This document shows positions 48,517-60,943 of a DNA stretch of 64,000 nucleotides, in pieces (positions within the stretch are counted from its first letter, which is position 1; each line of letters opens with the position of its first letter). The stretch is from contig CAVVLO010000002.1 of NCBI GenBank assembly GCA_963749155.1, positions 1,280,001 through 1,344,000 of the forward strand, read 5' to 3'. A program made the translations under genes and the position numbers. The notes under the pieces were generated by a model. That model worked only from the letters and a program-made list of their open reading frames with translations, had not been told where the DNA came from and made no database searches. The stretch comes from an uncultured Armatimonadia bacterium. Lineage in GTDB: Bacteria > Armatimonadota > Zipacnadia > CAVVLO01.

Positions 48517-48595
48517 CAGTGAAGCCAAGTTTCTGTGCGTGCCCCCCCCTCATGCACGAGGTCGGCCCCCCTCACCGGGGGCCGACCTGTTTCTT
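48517..48595 (+). ncRNA. candidate small RNA B
   Basis: About 80 nt between the ECF promoter and a terminator; hairpin CGTGC/GCACG with C-rich loop; 12-bp stem AGGTCGGCCCCC/GGGGGCCGACCT followed by GTTTCTT. Confidence 0.45.
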
Positions 48596-48619
48596 GTAAG
48601 GGTCCAATTATATACTCAA

Positions 48620-51600
48620 CTACTCCCCAAACCTTACCGAGACGCTCTTGAGGCCAATCCAGGCAAAGGAAGAGCCTGTATTTGAATCAATCAGTTCGAG
48701 GCGTAAGTTGCGGCCATCGAGGCCCTCTACGGGCAGCCTCATCGGCTGAGGGATATGGGTTGCCGGGGGCAGCAGCGTCGCCAGCACCTCGCCGCTCTCG
48801 CCGTCCAGCAGATCTCAAGTGCCAGATTCGGTTGGCCGGTTACCTCTTCGTTACGCCCTCCCTGCAACTCTAGCAGCAGGCTTTGGGCGCCTTTGGGCAG
48901 CTCAAAGGGGGGCGATAGCGCCCGACCTGTTGCCTGCTCTCCTCCCTTTGCCAGCGAGTTGAGGGTGGGATATGAAAAATAAGCTGCCAATACAGCGACC
49001 TCGAAAGAGCCCTCCAGTTCCCAGCCCTTGCCAGCGCCAGGCCTGGTGAAGTCGAACAACTGACCCGGGGCGCCCTGAGCTCGGGCGGCAACTCCCAGGG
49101 ACGATTCTCCAAGTGGCTCCGAGGCGCCCTGGCCTTGGGCTACGACCGCCACAAGCCCAAAGGCTGCCTCTGTGCCAAGCGCCGAGAAGACCAACTCGCG
49201 CGCCACACGCGGCCGGCCGAGGTCCACTTCGATGATATTCAGCACCGTGCTTGAGGTCGGTATCGCAAGTGACTTGCTCCAGAAGGCCGGCTGCGGAAAC
49301 TCCGGGGGAACCCCTTCAGCCCAGTCAGATTGATTTTCGGCAAGCTGGGGAAGCAACCCAAACCTGTCAGTCCGCAGGAAGGGGGCGGTCGAGAAAGCCG
49401 GATAACCCCCCGCAGGAGGAGTCCACTGGTCCAGGTCACCGGGGAAATGGAGCCTCCGCGAGTAGATGACATCCTCGGCGCCCTTCACCGTTACCTGGGC
49501 GACCTGGGCATACATATCGTGGTTCTCGAGCAGTGGCACGACCAGCAGGAAGAGCTTCTGCACCTGTTGATCGCCAAGGGGAAGACGGTATTCTGGACTG
49601 CCATAACGCCACGAGACAGGCACGAAGCGGCGCCCTGGCAGTTTGAAGGTGAGGCCGGGCAATTGCTCGGGGGCAAGCTCGCTTTGGCCTTCCAGAGCAG
49701 CCAGCGGAGCGCCCGCGCCCCAGGGGGGCACAGGTGAAAGGCGCACAGAACGCAGTTTGGAGAACTCTGTGTCGGAGATCAACGACTCATCTGGTAGAGC
49801 AAGCTGGGTCAGTCGGTCGGCGTTCCAGCGCGCAAGTGGGCCGCCCTTTGAGAAGGGCGCGCGCACGGTCAGTATCGTCGAGAGCGCTTCTCCTGAAGGC
49901 AGTGTCAGTGTAGCTTCGTTGTCACCGAGAGAGCAGAGAGCTACTCGGGCCTTTGGCAGCGTGAAGGTCACCGGCGCCTCGCCCCGCGCGGGCGCATCTA
50001 CCTGGGCGAAGAGGCGTGTCACGCCAAGTTGCAGGGCCACCTCGCCCGCCAGGCGCTGCCCCGTGTTGTTGCGAAGGGTGAAGGTCAGAGCCAGGCCTTC
50101 AGGCGTCAGTTCTGCTTCTTCGGGCGCGCCGACTTCATAGCGGGGGAGGATCGCCAGGTCGACAGGCAGCCAGCAATCGATCGCCTTCGAGTGTCTTAGC
50201 GATCAGGAAGAAGGTCCTGCGCGCGAAGGTCAGTTGGCCAAGCCTGCCATAACCGGCATATGGCGCAAGTTGGCCGCGCCTGATTTCGCCGGTCAGTTGT
50301 CCCCCATGGCATTGAGCCGAGGCCAGCACCCCGCAGGGATCGGCTACTCCAAGCAATTCGAGACCGGATACATCTACTTCGATAGGTTCTCCTTCGGCGA
50401 TAGAACCAGGCGCCTGGACTGCCCACTCCGCCGGAGCCAGTTCTACTTCGAAACTCGTCGAGGTTTCCGGTTTGGTGCGAGCCACCAGTACCAGATGACC
50501 GACCTCGGGCTGCAAGGTGAAGGCGAAGCGGCTTCCCGTTAGCCTTGAGGCTCTTCACCTGGCCGATGGGTATGGCCCATTCGAGCTGACGGGCTAGTGG
50601 TTCAGCACTCTCGACCGTGTAAGTCAGCCGGTTCTCTTCACGTGAGTACGAAGCCTGGTAGTCTGGAAGGTTCACCTCGGCCTTTGGCCAGTGGTCGGGG
50701 AAGGAGGGAGCGACCTTTAATACACCAGCTGGAAGGTCAGGTTGTAATCCAAACAGCGCCTCTACAGTTGCCGCCACAAACAGCCCAGCCGGGGGCGTAA
50801 AATAGGCGGGCGTCGCTTCTTCGGCTATCTCCGGCCAGCTTCCCCGGTGATTCTCGTCCATCACCCAGTCGGCAGTTGCGGTCAGCGGTCGCCAGGTCTC
50901 GTTCCACCGGCCCGTTGCCGACAAGGTCCAGGCGGCCCAGGGTTGCTGAGCCGCGCCCGCCTGCATCCCCCAGGTGCCCTGATAGTGAAAGCCAAAATTG
51001 TTGCTGCAATAGACCGCGCCAGAGGCGCCGGTCAGCCTGTCGCGCACCTGGCGCACGGTTGTGTAGCTGCCAAGCGGGTCGGTGATACCCCATAAAGCGG
51101 GATAGAGCAAAGAATGGTATTGCCCATCCAGCCGAGGGTAGCCTTCTGCGTCTTTGTAATAGGCGAACCGGCCCAGGTCGGGCAGCCAGAGCTGCTGTTT
51201 CAGCCTGGAGGTCGACCTCGGCCGCGCGCGATTCCCAGAGTCCGCGCCGTCGCCTCATCGCCCAGGCCCCGGGCCAGCTCGGCGCGCGTCTTCATCAGGT
51301 TGATGCCTTCGATGGTCGGGGTGGTGCCATCCCAGGGAGTGGCGACAAAATCTTCCTGGTTGCCTATCTGCAGCCCCCAGCCCAGCAGTCCATCGTCATC
51401 CTGATCGTATTCTTCATAAGTCTGCCGGAGCACCTTGTCGAGGGGCTCAAGGAGCTGCTGGGCGAAGTCGAGGTCTCCTGTGAAGTGCCAGTAATGGCGG
51501 GCTTGCCAGCCCCAGAACTGGTTCGAACCGCCAAAATCCCGATGCGTCTGCCCTGCGGGCGAAAGCTGCGGCACCGCGCCAGCGCCAAGCAGGTGCTCGC

Positions 51601-52531
51601 CGTGATAAAGGGTGCAAGAGGCCGACCTGTCCGCCTGGCCTATCCACTCGGCGCCTGCGGTGTGCTGCATATGCCACAGCATCAGCCAGTGGTGGATGCA
51701 CTCCAGCCACCCAAAAGGCTCAATCCAGTTGTATTCCAGGTTGTAAAGCGCGCTGCGGAAGGCTGCATCCAGGTTTGGCTCAGGGGTGCTGATGCGACAC
51801 TCGAGCAGTTTGTCGTAATAGGTGTCTACCTCGGCGCGCAGCTTTGCGGCGTCAGCGGTGGCCAGTCTCGTCGCTGTCTGCTCCACCTCGCCGAATCCCA
51901 GCATCACCTGCGCTGAGCCTGCGGGGAAGGAGAACCGAAGTGGCTCGCCTGTAGCTTCTCCCGAAGAGGAGAGCGCCACCTTTACCTGGTCGAGGCCAGC
52001 GGTGTAGGTGGCCAGGCCTTCAGCAAGCACCGTCGGCACGGAGGGGGTCTCGTTGCTTCTCAGCGGGCCCCAGTCGAAGGCGTTGAAGGGTTCTGTTTGC
52101 CCTCCGACTTGGACCACCAGGCGGCGCCCCGGCTCGCAAGTGACCGTATAAAGCGCGGCTCCCTCCGCCTCGGGCGTCTCTCTGCCAACTGGCAGAGGCA
52201 CTAGTTCGGTCGTGACAGAGACGCCAGCCAGCTTGAAAGTAGCTCTCACCCCGCCTGGGAAGTCCTCTACCCGCACCTCCGTTGCCTCGGAGGCCCAGTG
52301 GACGACCCCCTCACTCTCAATCCCAGGCACCAGCTTGGCAAGCAGGTTGTAATTGTTGTAGGTGAAGGCGCCCCTGACATAGGTGAATACCGCCGAGGCG
52401 GGTATCACTTCATCGGTCGCCCCAACTGTCTCGTGCCAGGCGGCCATCCGCACCATCGGATAGCGAGGCTGAGCACTTGCCAAAGCAGCGAAAAGTACAA
52501 GCGAAAGCGCAAATGCGCCAAGTGACTTCAT
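48620..52531 (-). CDS. large secreted (alpha/alpha)6 glycoside hydrolase-like protein, split by at least 5 frameshifts
   Basis: ATG 52531 after AGGAGG with a signal peptide. ORFs 51200-52615, 50196-51110, 50135-50515 and 48739-50040 plus a final shifted segment (...LELIDSNTGSSFAWIGL...) run to TAG 48620. Motifs HYWHFTGD, YDQDDDGL, EALFGL.PD. Confidence 0.65.
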
Positions 52532-52634
52532 CTCGGCCTCCTTACAGCAGGAGCAGAAGGTTCGGGTGAGGAGGGCTCCCTTCCTGCAGGCAAAGGATGC
52601 CAAAGGGCGAACCACTAATCACGGAGGTAGTCTT

Positions 52635-54270
52635 ATGCCAACCTTGTTGATTGCCACACTCGTTCTCATACTGCTCGCCCCCTGGGCCCTGGCCCAACCG
52701 CTGACGGGCACGGCTAAGGTCGAGTTGGACCACGTCACGAACCCCGCCATCATCGGGGCGGGCGTCAATTTCGCCTTCAGCGACTATGAGTACATCAACT
52801 TCAGGACACTGGGCGAGTGGACGGACATCCACAGCCAGCAGGTGCCCCTGCCAGACGATGAGGCCGAGTGGGCAAGCTTCAACCGGCTGATGGACTTTGC
52901 GGGCTTCCAGTATGTGCGCTTCTGTGTGGGGATGACCCAGTGGGAGCCAGTCAACGACAATGACGACCCACACTCCCTCAACCTGGAGTCAGGTTTCACC
53001 TTCTCGCCGGGCTTCTGGGAGGCCCATCCCGAGGTAGACACCAGCCTGCGGACTTACCAGGAGACCTTGTATCGCCTGCTTGACCACTGGGAGCAGCGCG
53101 GCCTGTATGTGGTTTTGGGCAACTGGTGGTCGGGCCCCAGCAACTTCTGCCCCGGCGGCGATGTCTGGCTGCAGGTGAAAGACGCCGATGGCAAGCGCAT
53201 CGGTGCGACGCGCGAGGATATGCACCTCGCCTCGCTGGAAGAGTTCAGCGAGGGGCTGGCCGCGATTATGTACGACCTCAAGCGCGAGCACCCCTACGAG
53301 TGTGTGAAGGGCATCTCCTTCTGGAACGAGCCCGAGCAGATGAAGGACTACTACGCCACGCTCTCCGGTGTCTACAACTCACTGGGGGCGCAGCTCAGGC
53401 GGCTGGGCATCCGCAATGAGGTGGCAATCCAGGCTTTCGACGGGGCGTTGTTCTGGAATCGCGAGCATGGCGGCGTACCGGATGGCGTTGAGCGCCTCGG
53501 CAAGCTCGCGAAAGGCAATATGGATCTCCTCTCCGTGCACGACTATTGGGCAGCCTTTGACTACCGCAAGGGCGAGCACACCGACACCATCCACGGCACC
53601 CTCAGCGAGTTCGTCGACAGCAACATAAAACCCGCGATTGAGCAGTCCAAAGCCGCCTCCGAGGACGGCGAGCCACTGCCCGTCATCGCGGGGGAGTTCG
53701 GCTGGTTCGGCCTGATGGGCGAGGGCGGAGACGCGGCCAAGGCTGACTTCCTGCAACGCCTGCACAGCGCCGAGGCGACCGTCCACCTGCTTAACGGCGG
53801 TGCCAAGGCCATCGCCTTCTGGATCTACAACAACAATTATCACTCCTACTGGCGGATGCTGACCTTCGATCCTGACAACTACCGCCACTTCGTGCCCGAG
53901 CCGGCCAACTATTACCCCCTCGCTCTGACGATGAAGTATCTGCCGCGCGGGGCGGACGTGGTGGCCAGCGAGGTCACGGGCGCCACCGACGAGGCCGGCA
54001 ATCAGCGCGTCTTCCTGCTGGCTGCGCGCAAGGGGGAAGATGTCACACTGCTGCTGGTGAACGACTCCGACCAGCCTGCGAACTTGGCGCTGAGTGGCCT
54101 TGCGGGACACTCACTGCGCAAGCTCGATGGTCAGCCAGAGCGATTACAGCCGCATCCGCGACCTGGGCCAGCAGGCGCTAGCGGACGGCGCCGAGATTGG
54201 CCTGGAGCCTCTCTCCATCACTGTCCTCACCAGCTTCGGATATGGCGCAGAACGCCCGGAGGGTTTCTGA
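52635..54270 (+). CDS. secreted clan GH-A glycoside hydrolase (GH30/GH5-like; frameshift near 54128)
   Basis: ATG after GGAGG, signal peptide, FWNEPE, SVHDY, AGEFG. The true C-terminus (...LEPLSITVLT...GF) is in another frame, ending in a TGATG overlap. Confidence 0.7.
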
Positions 54271-55913
54271 TGAGATTGCTAGTGCTTGCTTGCTTCTTGT
54301 TTGCCGCCTCACTTGCCTGGGGGCAGACGAATCTGGTCGAGGTTTCGCTGGACGGTGACGGGAACGTGGTGCCCGAGACCTTCTGGGGCACCGGCTATGA
54401 CGGGTGGCACGACATCCTGAGCGACAGCTCGGTGGAATTGTTGCAGGAGGTTGGCATCCATTTCTGCCGCATCAGCGCCAACCTGGAAGAGCTTGCCGGC
54501 GAGGCGCCGGGCGACCTCAGGCTCGATTACACCACCCCCAACGATGTCGGGGTCGGCTTTGCTGATCGCCTCGCGCGCATCCAGGCCAACGGCTGGCAGC
54601 CCTTGGTGGCGCTTTCCATCCCCTGGAAAGTGCCAAAGTGGTTCTACACCGGCGCTGAAGAGGGCAAGCCTTTCTGGCAATTCAACCTGGATGGCTCTGA
54701 AGTTGCCCAGGGAGCTGAAAGTGACCAGTTGCTCGCGCTGGAGCGGTTTGCAGAGCAGCTTGCCCAGGGATTGAAGGAGCGAGGCTTCTCGGGACTGACC
54801 TGGGAGACCATCTACGAGATCGGTCACGAGGCCCCGATGCCTGCCCTGCACTACCATATCGGGCGCGGCATCAGGGCTGCTGACCCTACCGCGAAGCTGA
54901 TGGGCCCCGCCACCTGGCCCGGCTGGACGGTGGAAGAACGCTTCGTGAAGCCGTACCTGGCGAAATATGGCCCCGACCTGCTTGATTACGTCAGCGTGCA
55001 CTGGTACGCGACAAATGAACATGGCCTCTGGGCGCGCGACTTCACCCCTGGCGAGACCATCTTGACGATGGCCGACCGCGACTGGCTCGAGTGCGTGATG
55101 GAGACTGCTCCCAAATTCCCTGTCTGGTGTGATAGCCTGCGCAAGCTGCTGGACGATCCAACGTTAAACCCGACCGGCAGGCGTATAGGCATCGTCTATT
55201 CGGAGTATGACGCCAACGCGCATTCAGCCTACCTGCGAGGGCCTGACAATGTGGACTGGCCCGCCTACCGCGCTGACGCCGATCCGTATATCAACACCAA
55301 CTACTTCGGCGGGGTGTGGAATGCCGCGGTTGTACTGGGCCTTGCCTTCTCGGGGCAGTGCGAGGCCGCGCTCAAGTTTACCACCCGCAACTACTACGGC
55401 ATCGTGGAGAACAAGGACGACTCGACCTATTTCCCGACGCCACTGTGGTTCGCCTGGCGGTTGCTGCAACAGGAAGGGGGGCTGGTGCCGGGCGCGCGGG
55501 TGGTTGCAGGGCAGGTGGATGGCCCACTGGACAAGGCAGCCGAGCGCGTTGAGGGCATCAATTCTCCCTGGGTCCAAGTTTGGGGCATCACGGGAGAAGC
55601 TGGCCAGCGGCTCGTGGTGTTGAATCGTTCTCTGGACTCCCAGCCGGTTACTGTAAGACTGACAGGCCTTTCAGAAGGCCAGTGGAAAGTGACGCGGTTC
55701 GTCTATGACCAGGCGCGCACGGCTCCCTTCATCGGCCGCAAGCCAGGCACAACGAACGATGGGCAGTTTCTGTGGCAGGGAGAGGGCGACTCGGGCAAGT
55801 GTCTTGAGCCAGTGGAGGAAAGGAGCTGCGCGGCAACCAGCGGAAGCGTTGAGCTGGAGCTTGCACTTGGGCCTGTCAGCTTTCAGGTGTTGAAGCTGGA
55901 GCCAGGTATCTAG
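54270..55913 (+). CDS. secreted clan GH-A glycoside hydrolase (GH39/GH79-like)
   Basis: Own RBS, ATG and signal peptide MRLLVLACFLFAASLAWG; WETIYE, RAADP.AKLMGP, DYVSVHWY, SEYD. Confidence 0.7.
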   Translation: MRLLVLACFLFAASLAWGQTNLVEVSLDGDGNVVPETFWGTGYDGWHDILSDSSVELLQEVGIHFCRISANLEELAGEAPGDLRLDYTTPNDVGVGFADRLARIQANGWQPLVALSIPWKVPKWFYTGAEEGKPFWQFNLDGSEVAQGAESDQLLALERFAEQLAQGLKERGFSGLTWETIYEIGHEAPMPALHYHIGRGIRAADPTAKLMGPATWPGWTVEERFVKPYLAKYGPDLLDYVSVHWYATNEHGLWARDFTPGETILTMADRDWLECVMETAPKFPVWCDSLRKLLDDPTLNPTGRRIGIVYSEYDANAHSAYLRGPDNVDWPAYRADADPYINTNYFGGVWNAAVVLGLAFSGQCEAALKFTTRNYYGIVENKDDSTYFPTPLWFAWRLLQQEGGLVPGARVVAGQVDGPLDKAAERVEGINSPWVQVWGITGEAGQRLVVLNRSLDSQPVTVRLTGLSEGQWKVTRFVYDQARTAPFIGRKPGTTNDGQFLWQGEGDSGKCLEPVEERSCAATSGSVELELALGPVSFQVLKLEPGI

Positions 55914-56265
55914 CCACCAGCGCGAGGCCCAGGCCTGTTCCAAATAAATCGAAGAGCCAGTCGAGATAATCGGCCGTGCGGCCAACTGGCCAGTTGTACT
56001 GGGCATATTCAATAGCTGCGCCATAAATTGCGGCAAATCCCATCACGACCAACACTCGGGTCGCGCCCGCGACTCGTTTGCCAAGCGCTTGAGCAAGACC
56101 CCAGGCCAGCACAAAGAAAGCCCCTGTGTGCAAAAGCTTGTCATCCCAGGTGAAGTGGAGGGGAGGCGGCTCGCGCGAAGGAAGCAGGGCAATCCAGAAT
56201 ATCAGGGTTGCCCAACCTGAAGTAAAAAGCCACCAGCGCCAGTTGACCGAGAGCCTGGAAGCCAT
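55876..56265 (-). CDS. VanZ family membrane protein
   Basis: DKLLH...F..L, YGAAIEYAQ...GRTAD..D...D..G. Confidence 0.85.
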   Translation of the reverse strand: MASRLSVNWRWWLFTSGWATLIFWIALLPSREPPPLHFTWDDKLLHTGAFFVLAWGLAQALGKRVAGATRVLVVMGFAAIYGAAIEYAQYNWPVGRTADYLDWLFDLFGTGLGLALVARYLAPASTPES

Positions 56266-56670
56266 CTAGAAAGGCGAATTCAACATCGGGTTGCCCTGGA
56301 AGTTAATCATCAGATAGAGCAAAACACCGGCCTCGAGCAGCGCGAGCAGTATTGCGATAACGGTGACGCGATTTACAAAATAATCGAGGTCTCTGAGCGC
56401 TCGGCCTGACAGGATCGAGGCGTAAGGCATAAGCATTGATTTGTTGTTCCAGGCCATTGCGAGGAAGACCATCGCTATCACTGTTGCGCCCAGGGCGCTC
56501 ATACTACTACTGGTGAAACACATAAGCAGGGCAAGCAAGAGGATGAGTATACAAGCAGAGGCAAGCACCCGCACAGACCGGGCCTGTGCTTTAGCTTCAG
56601 CAAGCAGGCGCTTCTCGCGTCTCTGCAGTTCGTTCGGATCCCATTCGTTAGTGGGCCGATAAGTCCTCAA
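56266..56670 (-). CDS. hypothetical membrane protein (3 TM)
   Basis: 134 aa with hydrophobic segments; abuts the VanZ gene. Confidence 0.55.
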   Translation of the reverse strand: MRTYRPTNEWDPNELQRREKRLLAEAKAQARSVRVLASACILILLLALLMCFTSSSMSALGATVIAMVFLAMAWNNKSMLMPYASILSGRALRDLDYFVNRVTVIAILLALLEAGVLLYLMINFQGNPMLNSPF

Positions 56671-56783
56671 AAACGCCCCACCAAAAGCTCAGAATTGCCA
56701 GTCACCTAATTAGTATACCAGAAGCAAGCCGCCGACCCACTAGGGTGAGTCGGCGACAGTTTGGTAAAGACTGGTCAGGTTAA

Positions 56784-57158
56784 CTAGCCTTTTTCTGGTT
56801 GGTCAGTTTCAGGTTGGCTGGCGAGTTGCTCCAGCCTGCCTGCGAGCTGCTCAACAGCCGCTTGCAGCCCTGCGAGCTGAGCCCTGAGCGCATCGGCTTC
56901 AGCAACCGATACTTCTTCACCAGCGACCGCGGCCCCGGCCAAAGGGCCAGATACCGCGAAAGGGCCGACCCGGCCACCTCCGCCTCTGCGCCAGGCCATC
57001 CCGCGACCGCCTCCGCCTCCGCGACCCCAGGCCATACCTCGGCCAAGGCCAGCGGCGGGATTAGCGAATCCTGGTACCGAATAGCCAGCACAATAGCCTG
57101 CTGCTCTGCCAGTCATTGGGCCCTCACCAAGAGGACCAGTTCCATCTCCACGTGGCAT
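56784..57158 (-). CDS. DUF5320 family protein
   Basis: MPRGDGTGP.G.GPMTGRAAGYCAG, Gly/Arg-rich middle, C-terminal coiled coil. Confidence 0.88.
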   Translation of the reverse strand: MPRGDGTGPLGEGPMTGRAAGYCAGYSVPGFANPAAGLGRGMAWGRGGGGGRGMAWRRGGGGRVGPFAVSGPLAGAAVAGEEVSVAEADALRAQLAGLQAAVEQLAGRLEQLASQPETDQPEKG

Positions 57159-57314
57159 AAGTTGCCACCTCCTGCATAATGCATGTGCTTCACCTTATAG
57201 GTGTAAGCTACATCTATATACTACCACACGCAGCGGAGATGTCAACCCCCTGCAGGAGAAACATCCAGGAAGTTGTATTGACGATGACCGGGTTTACCCG
57301 GCTGGAGGGAACTA

Positions 57315-59065
57315 ATGAGACTGCTTGCTACGCTAACTTTAGTGGCCTGGCTTGCCTCGGCGACCTGCCTGGGCTCCTGCGCCGCAACGGAGGAACTACC
57401 TGATATGGAAAGGCCCGTACTTTACACTTTCACACTGCTTGCGAACGGCACGCCCGAGGCCTGGGATGAAGCGATGGCCGCCGCCTGCCTGCAAGGCCTC
57501 ATCAACCGCGCTGGCCCCTCGGTTTATGTATTGACTCCGGCTGACAGCATCCGGCCTTGTGGCTGGACGTCTTCACCAAAGACGGCCGCTGGCTCGAGGG
57601 CAGGCCTCAGCAGGCACTAGAATCACTCACCGCCCTGCGCGAGCTGGCAGGTGAAAAAGTAAAGGGCGCCGTCATCTGGGATCCCGAAGTGCCAGCCACA
57701 GTCAACGTCGCCAACACCATCGCTGGCGTCGAAGATGGGGTCGTGCTGAGTCCCGAGTTCGCTGACAGATATCTGGCCGCCTGGAAGCTGCCCGTGCTGC
57801 GGGACCTGCGAGGGATGTTCGGCCCTGGCCGGTCGGGCAGCGCGAAAAATGAAGCTTATCGCTGGGCCATCCGCAGGTATCTGGCCGAAGGCAAATGTTC
57901 GCCTCACTGGCTTTGCCTGTATGAGGATTCCTACTCCACGCGCGCAACCGGCAATATTGGTTATGTGATTACACGCGACTGGGCTGTCTACAACAAGGCC
58001 TTTGTCTACGACCTTTCTCCCTGGGGAGACGAGGCGCCAAAAGACGATCCAGGCCAGCCTGTAGGTACCGACCTGGAGACCTACCATTTGATGCTTGCCG
58101 CCAATCTCGAGCAGACGAAGGGCGAGCAGATGACCGAAGTGGCGGGTTTCTTTGCCTTCAACAAATACAGCAATATGCCTGGCTACCCCAGCAGTCACGA
58201 GCCCGTCCCCACCGAGTGGGAGACCGTCTATGTTATCTCGCCTTACAACTGCTATCAGAATACCGTCGCCAGCGACTGCTACAACCAGTCGTTGCATAGC
58301 CAGGCGCCCTTAAAGCCGCTGAAGCAGAGTCGCCCGGCCAAACTGGAACAGCAGGACAAGGATTATCTGTGCATCCTGATGGCGGATATGGACTCCGCGA
58401 CCCCGCTTTATGCCTTTATGCCGCATCACTGGGCTGATGAGGGGCGCGGCAAGCTGCCACTCGACTGGGGAGTAAACCCCAACCTCATCGAGACCTATCC
58501 CGATGTCATCTCATATTTCTACGAGACAGCCACTCCCAACGACCATTTCACCGCTGATGCCAGCGCGGCGGGGTATATGAATCCTAACCGCGTGAAGCCC
58601 GAATATATGGATCTCTTTGTCCGCCACAACAAATATTTCTACGATCTGACAGATATGACAATGTCGCCGATGGTGCTTGACTGGGACGAACCTACTGCGG
58701 CTGTGAAGGACGCCTTCACGAAGTTCTCCAAGGAAGGCTTTGCGACAATCGTGATGGATATGCACGGCACCGGCGGCAAGCATCCCGAGCGTCACGTGTG
58801 GAAGGGTATGCCCGTGATGGAACTGCTCAACCACGCCTGCAACTTTGGTGGCGTCCAGCAGACCGCAGTGTGGATTTCCAATGGTATCCCGCCTCGCACC
58901 AGCGCCGAGGGGGCTTCTTTCCACTTCTTCCGCATTGTGTGGACCGACCCCAGCAAGATAGTTGATACAATTGAGGAGCTTAAGCGCATCCGGCCCGATC
59001 TCAAAGTCCAGGTACTGGACCCTTACAACTTCTTCAACCTGGTAAAGGAGAACTATGAAGACTAG
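57315..59065 (+). CDS. GxGYxYP-family putative glycoside hydrolase (frameshift near 57556)
   Basis: ACLQGLINR, KGAVIWDP, ANTIAGVE, DMDS, RGKLPL.WG.NP, Y.TATPNDHF....SAAGYMNP. Confidence 0.78.
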
Positions 59066-60927
59066 AACTCGCCTTGCTGCTGCTGGCTTTTGCCGGCGCA
59101 GCCTGGTGCAACCTGACAGTCACAAGCCCAGGCCCTGGTGAGGAGCTGCGTTATCCCGTGGCGCTGATCCAGGGCACGGCGACTGGCGACAGGATCACTG
59201 TCAGCAATCCCGACTGCACTGCCCCTGATGCCAGCAATTCGGCGCCGGTTGTGGACGGCCGCTTCAAGCTGCTGGCCCGACTTGCGCCAGGCGAAAACGA
59301 CCTGACGCTGGCCTCGGGTGATGCTACAGCCGGGTTGAAGCTTTTCTACAAGCCGCTGACCGACCCGTATCAGGTTGCAATTGTCTACCTGACTGGCCGC
59401 GAGGGCCAGACACGCTATCCCAGCCCCTGGCCCGACGCCCCGCAGGACTATATCGGCCGGCTGCGCACCGCAGCCGAGTTGATGCAGACCTTCACCGGAG
59501 AGTCTATGAACGCCCAGGGCTTCGGGCGTCTGACCTTCAACCTGGAAAGAGACGCCCAGGGGCAAGTGGTAGTCCATACCATCCGGTTGCCCGAGACCGC
59601 CGCCGAGCTCCGCGCGCGGGACCCGGGCGAGCAATGGGGCCGCAGCAACGAATTTCTGATGAAGCAGTTCGATATGGACCAGGTGAAGGTGCTGGCCATC
59701 AACGGCTTCGTCGCTTACGATGCCGAAAAGAAGCAGATGATGGGCCACACGGCCCTTGGCGGGGGTTCACTTGGGGTCTTCTCGGCAAACAGTCTCTACG
59801 CCTGGCCAGTCAGCCTGCAGGATGTGAACCGCGCCTTCGCTGACAGCACGCCCCCCGATACCAGCTATGTCGCCGATGATACCGCCTGGCGCCACACCAA
59901 CTGGGCGATGGCGGCAACCGGCATCGGGGCCTGGATCCACGAAGGCGGGCACGCGCTTGGCCTGCCACATACCGAAGACGTGCGGGGGATAATGAACCGC
60001 GGCGGTGACCGCTTCAACCGGACTTTCGTGATGGTGGAGGCGCCCTCCGCCCAGCACACAGAGCCTTATCCCTTCCGCGAGGATGAGACTGGCTACTGGA
60101 GCCCAGCCTTCGCCGCCAGACTTGCGCTGAGCCCGTGGTTCCAGCCCGATGGCCGGGCCAAGTCCGGCTTGCCGGGACCAGAGGTTTCCTTCAGCCTGAC
60201 CACCGGCGACTTTACAGTCAAGGCGCCTGCCGGGCTTGCGCTGGTCCAGGCCTATCCAATACTGGAAGGTCCCTTTACAACTGCGGAACTGCCAGACTCA
60301 GCCCCGACAGAGCTAACTCTCTCGCAAGCTTCGCTGCAGGCGGAGCTGAAAACTGACAAACAACTGACCTTGTTGGTCTACGACAAGGAAGGTAGAGCTA
60401 CTGCTTTCGATGCCGCGACAGTGCGCGATCCGGCGCTCTTCCTCACCGAGTGGCAGTTCGCACCCGAAGCTCTGGACTGGGCCGGGATGCCCGATCCGCC
60501 GCAGGTCGACCTGGAGGCAATAACAGCGACTCTGCGCGCCCAACCCCTGCGCCAGTCGCTGCCCGGACAGGGCGCTGGTCAGTACTCGGCTGACCTCAAT
60601 GCCCTCTACGGGTGGAAAGGCAACGCCGTAACTTATGCGCTGAGAGTGTTCCAAAGCGACTCCGACCGTCAGATAAAGGTACTGGCCGGCGGAGACGATG
60701 GGGTGCGCATCTGGCTGAATGGCCAATTGGTCGCCGCCGACACCGGCGTTCACGTGGTGAAGGTGGATGGCGCAACAGGAGAGGCCCGAGTGAAGGCCGG
60801 CGAGAACCTCTTGCTGGTCGAATCCGAGCAGGGCCCGGGCGACTGGACCTTCTCCGTGCGCCTGACCGACGAGGCTGGTAGTCCTCTGATTGTGAAGGCC
60901 GAGGGCAAGCTCGCGCCCAAAGAATAA
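59055..60927 (+). CDS. secreted zinc metallopeptidase (metzincin) with C-terminal PA14-like domain
   Basis: HEGGHALGLPH followed by a GIM Met-turn; GGDDGVRIWLNG. ATG 59055 after AAGGAG is out of frame by 1 nt with ORF 59074. Confidence 0.8.
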
Positions 60928-60943
60928 TCCAGTTAACAAGGTA

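Noticed and set aside
57173..57192. GCATGTGC pseudo-palindrome upstream of the DUF5320 gene as an operator
   Set aside because: Short, imperfect and single; it cannot be supported from this window alone.
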